From NCBI GenBank assembly GCA_016784025.1, contig JADHVL010000001.1:73753-137752 (forward strand): a stretch of 64,000 nt of DNA, read 5' to 3'. This DNA is from Fidelibacterota bacterium. Its GTDB lineage: Bacteria; Fidelibacterota; UBA8477; JABMPR01. This document shows, piece after piece, positions 57,553-64,000 of this stretch. Every line of letters begins with the position of its first letter. The first letter of the stretch is position 1. Position numbers and translations under genes: made by a program. A model generated the notes under the pieces. The model was given only the letters and a program-made list of their open reading frames with translations, ran no database searches and was not told the DNA's origin.

Positions 57553-59076
57553 TTGAATAATTCGACTTCAAAAAATCTGGTCGAAATGATCAGTATACGT
57601 AAAGAATTCCCAGGGGTTCTAGCTCTGGATGATGTTGATTTTGACGTGAGGGCAGGCGAAGTACATGCCCTTCTGGGTGAAAATGGAGCAGGCAAAAGCA
57701 CCTTGATAAAAGTCTTGAGTGGCGCTCAACCTTGTGAGAGTGGGAAAATAACCATCGGAGGTGAGGAGATTGTGATCTCAGATCCACGGATAGCACTCTC
57801 CATGGGTCTTCGCTTTATTTATCAGGAGATCAATCTGGTTCCAGATATTGATATCGCTAGAAACATGTTTCTGGGAGCGGAACCCACTCATTCAGGCTTG
57901 TTAGCTACGGTTGATCATTCCATGCTATATACTAGGACAGCAGAGCTTTTGGAATCATTCCATATTGATTTGAATCCGCGGACAATTGTATCTGACCTGA
58001 GTGTCACCCAGCAGAAGATGGTGGAAATTGCTCGTGCACTCATCTCGAAAGCGAAAGTGATTATCCTTGATGAGCCCACTGACGTGCTTGAAGACAGATC
58101 AAGGCAGGATCTCTTTGAGGTGATTCGAAAGCTAAAGCATGAGCAGGCTGTGGGCTTCATATATATATCCCATCGTTACCAGGAAGTCTATGAGATCGGG
58201 GACAGAGTTACCATTCTACGTGATGGTCACAAAATGGGTACCTGGGATATAGATGATCTCTCAATGGACCAATTGATTGAAAAGCTGGTTGGGGGAGACG
58301 CAACTCACAATTTCCCCGATTTACCCTCGCCCCAGAATGATATTGCTCTGAGAGTAACTAAGCTGTGTAGCGGTACGCGCTGTCGTGGAAATTCATTTGA
58401 TCTGAAAAAAGGTGAGATATTGGGGGTCACCGGTCTCATGGGCTCAGGCAAGACAGAGCTTGGTCGTGCCATTGCAGGTATCGACCCCATATCCTCTGGA
58501 CATATAGATATTCATAATAAACCAGCCGGAGAGCAGAACCCACGCCATCGAATCAAGGCTGGGATTGTATATCTCACAGAGGATCGTAAACAGGAAGGTC
58601 TTATCATTGATCAAAGCATTCGCGACAATTATGCCCTACCAAATATAGATCGGTTATCATCGCATAACCTACTGTCACATAGTGAGATAGATGCGGAAGT
58701 TGATGTAAAGATAAATGAGTTTAACATCAAAACAGTGGATCGAAATTCTCTGGCTGGACACCTGTCTGGTGGGAATCAGCAGAAGCTCATGCTGGCCAGG
58801 TGGTTAGGAACCCAGTGCAAGGTCTTCATCATCGATGAACCAACCCGGGGGATCGATATCAAGGGTCGCTTTGAAGTCTATCGGTTTATGGTTGAACTCC
58901 TTAATCAGGGGGTTTCCATTCTTATGCTGACGTCTGACTATGCGGAAGCCCTGGCCATGAGTCATAGAGTTTTAGTTCTGCATAGGGGCGAAATTGCTGA
59001 TGTCGTTGATCCTGAAAATACCAGCGAAGAGCAGGTATTAAAAATTGCCATTGGAGCGGAAGGTTTAGACGTATGA
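57553..59076 (+). CDS. Sugar ABC transporter ATP-binding protein (RbsA/MglA-like, two ABC domains)
   Basis: 507 aa (TTG 57553 or ATG 57586). Walker A GENGAGKST, signature LSVTQQKMVEIARAL. Second half GLMGSGKTE, LSGGNQQK. Confidence 0.85.
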   Translation: MNNSTSKNLVEMISIRKEFPGVLALDDVDFDVRAGEVHALLGENGAGKSTLIKVLSGAQPCESGKITIGGEEIVISDPRIALSMGLRFIYQEINLVPDIDIARNMFLGAEPTHSGLLATVDHSMLYTRTAELLESFHIDLNPRTIVSDLSVTQQKMVEIARALISKAKVIILDEPTDVLEDRSRQDLFEVIRKLKHEQAVGFIYISHRYQEVYEIGDRVTILRDGHKMGTWDIDDLSMDQLIEKLVGGDATHNFPDLPSPQNDIALRVTKLCSGTRCRGNSFDLKKGEILGVTGLMGSGKTELGRAIAGIDPISSGHIDIHNKPAGEQNPRHRIKAGIVYLTEDRKQEGLIIDQSIRDNYALPNIDRLSSHNLLSHSEIDAEVDVKINEFNIKTVDRNSLAGHLSGGNQQKLMLARWLGTQCKVFIIDEPTRGIDIKGRFEVYRFMVELLNQGVSILMLTSDYAEALAMSHRVLVLHRGEIADVVDPENTSEEQVLKIAIGAEGLDV

Positions 59077-60017
59077 AAGAACAAATATTAGCTCAAACCA
59101 GAAAGGGACTTCAGGCTGGGCTGGGTCTCCTACTAATCACCATTGTCTTTATGATTCTTGCTCCCAGCTATCGCCAGTTCGATAATTTTGCTGGTATTTT
59201 CGCCCAATCGGCAGTGCTGGCAATCATGGCTCTGGGAACAACAATTGTACTCATCTCAGGTGGTCTGGATTTATCAGTGGGATCGATTCTAGCACTATCT
59301 GCAGTTGTAGCAGGTCGAGTTCTGAGTGGAGGTGATCCCGTATGGATGGCCATTCTGGCTGGTGTCAGCGCAGGTGCTTTCATCGGGCTGATTAATGGAT
59401 TTACAGTTGTTACAACTAAAGTACCACCCTTCATTGCCACCATGGGTATGATGATGATTGCCCGAGGGCTGGCTGAAATGTTGGGCCGGGGCAGGGATAT
59501 GTCCTATTTCCCTGAATCTTTCAAAATGCTGGGATCAGGGTGGATTGTACCCAGTCTGATTGCCGGGCTGGCTCTGGCTGCAACTATGTTCATGCTTGGC
59601 AAAACTAAATTAGGATTCCACAGTTTTGCCATTGGAGGCAATGAGGAAGTCGCCCGACTATCGGGTGTGCCCATTCTCAGAAATAAATTGATTTATTACA
59701 GTATTGGTGGCTTCCTGGCTGGACTGGCCGGTGTTGTAGAAGCCGCCAGACTCAATTATGTAGAACCGAATTATGGAATAGGTTGGGAATTGCAGGCGAT
59801 TGCCGGTGCGGTTATCGGCGGCACCAGTCTGTTTGGTGGCATGGGAGGGGTTGGGAGGACTATAATTGGTGTCCTCATCATTCGCTCATTATATGCGGGC
59901 CTGGTCCAGATTGGTGTCGATTCATACTGGCAGCAGGTTGCCATCGGTGCAGTTATAATTATAGCTGTCTGGATAGATACAGTTAATCGTAAACGAGCCG
60001 TCGAAAAAAGCAGATAG
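59073..60017 (+). CDS. Sugar ABC transporter permease (RbsC-like)
   Basis: 314 aa, very hydrophobic. GGLDLSVGSILAL and GG.S..GG.G motifs are typical of the BPD_transp_2 ribose-type permeases. The ATGA overlap with the upstream gene suggests translational coupling. Confidence 0.8.
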   Translation: MKEQILAQTRKGLQAGLGLLLITIVFMILAPSYRQFDNFAGIFAQSAVLAIMALGTTIVLISGGLDLSVGSILALSAVVAGRVLSGGDPVWMAILAGVSAGAFIGLINGFTVVTTKVPPFIATMGMMMIARGLAEMLGRGRDMSYFPESFKMLGSGWIVPSLIAGLALAATMFMLGKTKLGFHSFAIGGNEEVARLSGVPILRNKLIYYSIGGFLAGLAGVVEAARLNYVEPNYGIGWELQAIAGAVIGGTSLFGGMGGVGRTIIGVLIIRSLYAGLVQIGVDSYWQQVAIGAVIIIAVWIDTVNRKRAVEKSR

Positions 60018-60033
60018 TATAAGGAGTCATACA

Positions 60034-60984
60034 TTGAAATCGATAATTAGAAAAGTTCTATTGGGACTGCTTGTAAGTATTTTCATGTTTTCATGTGGGG
60101 AGAAGGAGATAGCGTCTAAGAACATTGAATCAGATAACACCCACACAATTGCCTATATCGGTTATTCCTCCACCAATCCCTTCTGGAATGCACTGGCGTC
60201 AAGTGCACAGGAGTCTGCTAAATCGCTGAATGTCAAGTTTTTAGACTTGACCGCTTCAACCCCTGAAATGGCCCAGCAGAAGATGGCAATTGATAATGCC
60301 ATTATCAAACGAGTGGATGGGCTTGTAGTTGGGGCGGTGGATTCAAGAGGGTTGGGAGACTCATTTGATAAAGCGCAAAAAGCTGGTATCCCAATTGTCA
60401 CCGTAGATACGCGAGTCGACCATCCTGCCGTTGTGAGTCATATTGCCACTGACAATATCGCTGCAGCCCGCCTGGCTGGTGAATTCATCGCAAACAAGCT
60501 TAACAATAAGGGCAAAGTTCTGGTACTTGGCGGATCAACTGGTTCACAAACTGCCGATGATCGTCAGAAAGGTGTTGAAGAGATTCTTGAACAGCACGAG
60601 GGAGTGGAGGTGATATTCAGAGTCGCCAATTGGGATGCCAAACAGGCCAATGAAATCACCAATAATATTTTGAGTTCACATGATGATCTGGGTGCTGTTT
60701 TCGCAGCCTGCGACCCCATGATATTTACGGCCATGCAGGCAGTGAAAAGCAAAGAGATGCTAGGTGATGTTGTGTTGGTCGGGTTTGATGCAATTCCCGC
60801 CGTGCTCAAGGCCATTAATCAAAACGAGATTGATGCTACTGTACGTCAGGATCCAGGTCGAATGGGTCTAGAAGGCGTAAAATTATTGGTGAGTCATCTC
60901 AATGGTGAACAAACTCCTGCATACATCCCCATTTCGGCAGAAATAGTGCATCATGAGAATATCAAGGAATACATTTCTCAATAA
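60034..60984 (+). CDS. Sugar ABC transporter substrate-binding lipoprotein (RbsB-like)
   Basis: 316 aa. TTG start 7 nt after AAGGAG. Lipobox MFSCG. IAYIGYSSTNPFWNAL... and VDGLVVGAVDS are typical of periplasmic-binding-protein type I sugar binders. Confidence 0.75.
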   Translation: MKSIIRKVLLGLLVSIFMFSCGEKEIASKNIESDNTHTIAYIGYSSTNPFWNALASSAQESAKSLNVKFLDLTASTPEMAQQKMAIDNAIIKRVDGLVVGAVDSRGLGDSFDKAQKAGIPIVTVDTRVDHPAVVSHIATDNIAAARLAGEFIANKLNNKGKVLVLGGSTGSQTADDRQKGVEEILEQHEGVEVIFRVANWDAKQANEITNNILSSHDDLGAVFAACDPMIFTAMQAVKSKEMLGDVVLVGFDAIPAVLKAINQNEIDATVRQDPGRMGLEGVKLLVSHLNGEQTPAYIPISAEIVHHENIKEYISQ

Positions 60985-61238
60985 AGTTTTATAACTCAAA
61001 GGTCAACGAACCAAATCAAGTGGATAATTCTACTCAAATATGATTCTCAGATCGGAACCTGTGAATCTATATGCTCCATCCGGAAATACATTTTCACAAA
61101 ACGATACTAAGATGAGAACTGTGTCAAAATAATGTCAAAGAATATGGCATGTGGTGGCGTGAAATGTCTCAAAAAGTGCCACTGTGTGCACTAGCATATC
61201 AGCGTGTTAATGACACCTAAGTTATTGTAAAACAAGAG

Positions 61239-61325
61239 CGGAGAGGGAGGGATTCGAACCCCCGGTACCCGAAGGTACGCTGCATTTCGAGTGCAGTGCA
61301 TTCAGCCGGACTCTGCCACCTCTCC
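61239..61325 (-). tRNA. tRNA-Ser (anticodon CGA), class II with long variable arm
   Basis: The reverse complement reads GGAGAGG-TG-GCAGAGTCCGGCTGAATGC-A-CTGCA-CTCGAAA-TGCAG-CGTACCTTCGGGTACC-GGGGG-TTCGAAT-CCCTC-CCTCTCC-G. All four stems pair, the T-loop is TTCGAAT, and CCA is not encoded. Confidence 0.9.
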
Positions 61326-61327
61326 GA

Positions 61328-61358
61328 GCAAAAGTTCATACTGCGTATGAACTTTTGC
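61328..61358. other. Perfect 14-bp hairpin abutting the tRNA 5' end
   Basis: GCAAAAGTTCATAC (61328-61341), loop TGC, GTATGAACTTTTGC (61345-61358). It lies 2 nt from the mature tRNA 5' end. There is no U-tract on either strand. Confidence 0.6.
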
Positions 61359-61403
61359 GAGTCACGTCGTAGCTCGTTAGAGCGAAGACGGACAAAAAAA
61401 TAT
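61355..61403. repeat. Copy 1 of a ~47-nt direct repeat containing a conserved imperfect hairpin
   Basis: TTGCGAGTCA CGTCGTAGCTC gtta GAGCGAAGACG GACAAAAAAATAT (hairpin 61365-61390). Confidence 0.6.
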
Positions 61404-61440
61404 TTACAAAGAACGAAACTCCTACCTGCGGTAAGACCAA

Positions 61441-61487
61441 TTGCGAGTCACGCCGTAGCCTGCAAGGCGAAGGCGGACAACAAATAT
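61441..61487. repeat. Copy 2 of the ~47-nt direct repeat
   Basis: TTGCGAGTCA CGCCGTAGCCT gca AGGCGAAGGCG GACAACAAATAT (hairpin 61451-61475). Confidence 0.6.
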
Positions 61488-61565
61488 CAAAAAAACGATG
61501 AACCTACAACTCAATAAAAATAAGCTCTATCAGGCAACAACGCCTTAAGAATCGAGATATAGCTT

Positions 61566-62060
61566 TTACTTACGGGTCGCCTTAAAAAAACTATCCAAAA
61601 TGCCCTTGCATTTGCTCTCAAGTATCCCACCGATAATTTCAACTTTGTGATTAAGGAATTTTCCTGAACAAAGTTGAACCGCACCCCCGCAACCTCCATG
61701 TTCATGGTCATCAGCACCAAATACCACCTTGGGAATCCTGGCATTCAGAATAGCCCCAGCACACATGGGGCAGGGTTCCAGGGTCACATAAATGGTTGCA
61801 TCCTTCAAACGCCAATCCTCAATGTGATTGGCAGCGGCTGTTATCGCCAGAATTTCTGCGTGGGCCGTAGGATCCTTGAGAGATTCGCGCTGATTGTGGC
61901 CTTTGCCAACGATCTGATTGTTCAAAACCACCACGGCTCCAACTGGAACTTCCTTGCGAGCAAATGCTTTTTCTGCTTCTCTAAAGGCCTGTTCCATCCA
62001 ATGTGCATGGGAATCAGTGTTTAAGAGGGAAATGCCTTGAGTATCTTGATCCATATCCAC
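61566..62060 (-). CDS. tadA: tRNA adenosine(34) deaminase
   Basis: 164 aa. HAEILAI and TLEPCPMCAGAI zinc-binding CDA motifs, with typical TadA size and layout. Confidence 0.85.
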   Translation of the reverse strand: MDMDQDTQGISLLNTDSHAHWMEQAFREAEKAFARKEVPVGAVVVLNNQIVGKGHNQRESLKDPTAHAEILAITAAANHIEDWRLKDATIYVTLEPCPMCAGAILNARIPKVVFGADDHEHGGCGGAVQLCSGKFLNHKVEIIGGILESKCKGILDSFFKATRK

Positions 62061-62061
62061 A

Positions 62062-62694
62062 TCAATTTTTATTTAGTGCTGGATTGAAAGGGTGGGCCTT
62101 GATCTGTCCGTGTGAAAGTTCATGAAGATCCCATGAGAAGGCATCCGCCTTATCTTTCTTTATCCTCAACCGAATCTTTACACTTTCACCATAATCCTGA
62201 TCAAGCAGTCGGGCTTCGTAGGTTTCAATCAGTCGATACACCAGATTGGCATGCTCAAAATCACATTCACACTCCAATGAGATCCGGGGAACAAAGGTCC
62301 TTTTCCTTAGCAGCGGCAGAGCTTCATGAACAACGCCACCATAGGCACGCATCAAACCGCCTTTGCCCAGCTTGGTGCCACCAAAATATCGAGTTACTAC
62401 AGCCAGAACGTTAGTCAGATTCGCACCAACTAAAGTTTGATAAATAGGTTTTCCCGCTGTTCCTGCTGGCTCACCATCATCGCTGACACGCCAGATTTCT
62501 TCGTCTCCAACGCCAATACGCCAGGCAAAACAATGATGATTTGCGGTATACTCCCGTTTCTTAACCTCAGTGAGCAATAACGGAATTTCCTCTTCAGTTT
62601 TGAGAGGGAAGATGTCGGCAATAAATCTGGAAGCTTTTATTTTGGACTGGTGCTGGCAAGTTTCAATGGGTTGAACCCAACTTGTTTCGCTCAT
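62062..62694 (-). CDS. yigZ: YigZ/IMPACT-family (UPF0029) protein
   Basis: 210 aa. SKIKASRFIA, HHCFAWRIG, DDGEPAGTAGKPI, VVTRYFGGTKLGKGGLMRAYG are hallmark YigZ blocks. Confidence 0.8.
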   Translation of the reverse strand: MSETSWVQPIETCQHQSKIKASRFIADIFPLKTEEEIPLLLTEVKKREYTANHHCFAWRIGVGDEEIWRVSDDGEPAGTAGKPIYQTLVGANLTNVLAVVTRYFGGTKLGKGGLMRAYGGVVHEALPLLRKRTFVPRISLECECDFEHANLVYRLIETYEARLLDQDYGESVKIRLRIKKDKADAFSWDLHELSHGQIKAHPFNPALNKN

Positions 62695-64000
62695 CTCAAC
62701 ACCGTAATTTTTCTTGTCATCACCGCATCGGCTGTCTCTATCTGAACAAAATAGAATCCAGCGGGGCTGGATATGGGTACCTGCAAATCAATCAATTTTA
62801 CACCTTCGGAACGTTGCATGCGTTTGCTGTACACTGTTTGTCCGAGGAGGTTGAAAATTTTCAAATCTACCCAGCCTGGTTCAGCCAGTGTGAAGCTTAA
62901 TTGCGGTTGGGCAATCCGGGGTATAGTTGGATTTGGCCACAGAGTTTGAATAAGATTTTCAAGAGGGGGAGTGCTTCCCTCAAAAGTGAGCGTATAGGTA
63001 AAATCTGAATTGCGGTTGCCATTTACCATGGGAAATATAAGGTAATCCAGGCTACTCACATTTTCACAAAGGGTCAAATAATCTCCTATAGCCGATTTAA
63101 GCGAAGATCCATTCTCAAAACTGTGATAGGTAAGTAGAACTCGCTGATCTACCGTCAACTCGTCTCCCCGGACATGAAAATTACTATAACTGGGGATGGT
63201 GAACTTGCGAAAGGATATCTCAAATGGATCCATGAAGAAATCGAACTCAATGGGATAAGTGAGGGGTAAAGCATATTCATGAAGCCCGACTTCACTCAAG
63301 TCTGCTGCATCTGGATAATACATATTGTTGACAGCCCTGGAACCTGTAAAAACGTTATAGAGTGCATATTTCCCTAAAGCATCAGATAAACTGGAATTCC
63401 AGGTAGATGAGCTGAGCACAATATCCAGATTATCTGTCGCCTCTCGGCCAGACAATTCCTCCCAGATATCCAGCATGATATGTTTCCCATCGGTAGTACC
63501 ATATTCTATGTCAAGGATTTGACCGAATAGACCATGACCATAGGAAAAAGCGAATCCATATCTATCATCATTGAGGTTGGGAAAATTGGTTTGTCTGAAA
63601 TTATCTTCAACATAGGCATGATAATCATCGATCCCTGGATAGCACTTTTCTTCCATCCAGGTACTGGAGATTTCGTACCAGTATGCATTGGAGGATACCG
63701 GTGCAAAGGGATATGCATATCTCAACTGCACCATATGGAAGAATTCATGGGCGATAGTGACACGGAGGGCGGCAAGTCCACTGGTAGCATAACTACTCTC
63801 AGTGTAATCATTGTCAATAACAAGATAGGTCATTGATGGTGCAGAATTTCCAAAATAGGTCATTCCATAATAGGACCCATTCCAATCCCTTATATATACA
63901 TCCAACTCATCTCCATCTATGCCATTGTCAGGCAGAGGAGGGAGGAAACCAAGATTATTCACCAACACGGTATAGGCTGAGTCTGCTGCCAGAGCAGCTT
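62691..64000 (-). CDS. Secreted zinc metalloprotease-like protein (HEFFH) with T9SS-like CTD, 5' end outside or near window edge
   Basis: HExxH in VTIAHEFFHMVQL. C-terminal LWPNPT...LKIFNLLGQTVYS...GFYFVQIETADAVMTRKITVLR is CTD-like. The ORF track starts at 63968, but the frame appears open to base 64000. A 4-nt overlap (ATGA) with yigZ. Confidence 0.6.
   Translation of the reverse strand, partial: AALAADSAYTVLVNNLGFLPPLPDNGIDGDELDVYIRDWNGSYYGMTYFGNSAPSMTYLVIDNDYTESSYATSGLAALRVTIAHEFFHMVQLRYAYPFAPVSSNAYWYEISSTWMEEKCYPGIDDYHAYVEDNFRQTNFPNLNDDRYGFAFSYGHGLFGQILDIEYGTTDGKHIMLDIWEELSGREATDNLDIVLSSSTWNSSLSDALGKYALYNVFTGSRAVNNMYYPDAADLSEVGLHEYALPLTYPIEFDFFMDPFEISFRKFTIPSYSNFHVRGDELTVDQRVLLTYHSFENGSSLKSAIGDYLTLCENVSSLDYLIFPMVNGNRNSDFTYTLTFEGSTPPLENLIQTLWPNPTIPRIAQPQLSFTLAEPGWVDLKIFNLLGQTVYSKRMQRSEGVKLIDLQVPISSPAGFYFVQIETADAVMTRKITVLR

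Noticed and set aside
61239-61560. tRNA-Ser as an integration site of a mobile element carrying the 61-kb locus
   Set aside because: I saw no integrase, no duplicated tRNA 3' fragment, and no obvious compositional break. The locus ends in ordinary ABC transporter genes. This cannot be excluded without flanking sequence.
61296-61744. Small ORFs (61296..61517 plus strand, 61511..61744 minus strand) in the tRNA region
   Set aside because: The first overlaps the tRNA, the 14-bp hairpin and both 47-nt repeats. The second overlaps tadA in another frame. Neither has an RBS or recognisable motifs.
61566-62060. Functional link between tadA and the adjacent tRNA-Ser(CGA)
   Set aside because: The established TadA substrate is tRNA-Arg(ACG). 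This tRNA has C, not A, at position 34, so the adjacency is most likely coincidental.

Overview
The window is one long plus-strand gene array (about 34 genes, 1..60984). It is followed by a non-coding tRNA region and three minus-strand housekeeping-type genes: tadA, yigZ and a secreted metalloprotease cut by the window edge.

The array reads as a polysaccharide-utilisation locus for a sulfated, fucose-rich glycan (fucoidan-like). It encodes:
- four GH29-type alpha-L-fucosidases
- three formylglycine-type sulfatases (CxPxR motif)
- seven right-handed beta-helix proteins
- a rhamnose-mutarotase-family protein, a cupin and an SGNH-like esterase
- an RbsACB-like sugar ABC importer
- three TonB-dependent-type outer-membrane barrels

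Ten proteins end in the NYPNPFNP..(I/L)xF type IX secretion (T9SS) C-terminal sorting signature. Many genes have clear AAGGAG-type ribosome-binding sites. Together these suggest an uncultivated FCB-group bacterium outside the classical Bacteroidia; the phylum cannot be assigned from sequence alone.

I recognised no SusD homologue, transcription regulator, sulfatase maturase, transposase, integrase or CRISPR array.

Most interesting items:
1. A four-gene outer-membrane cassette occurs twice in conserved order: TonB-dependent barrel, an approximately 770-aa orphan protein with a variant CTD, a PorV/PorQ-like barrel, and a FadL-like barrel. It appears to stand in for SusC/SusD.
2. Four tandem BNR/Ycf48-like beta-propeller paralogues carry swapped C-terminal modules, including a dockerin plus cohesin-like pair.
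3. A GTATA-N5/6-TATAC palindrome recurs upstream of five transcription units.
4. An intergenic hairpin family has a conserved 13-nt loop (TGAGCTTGTCGAA) and variable, compensating stems.
5. A duplicated 47-nt element next to tRNA-Ser has a hairpin showing three compensatory base-pair changes.

All functional calls come from motif recognition by eye. No database search was run.
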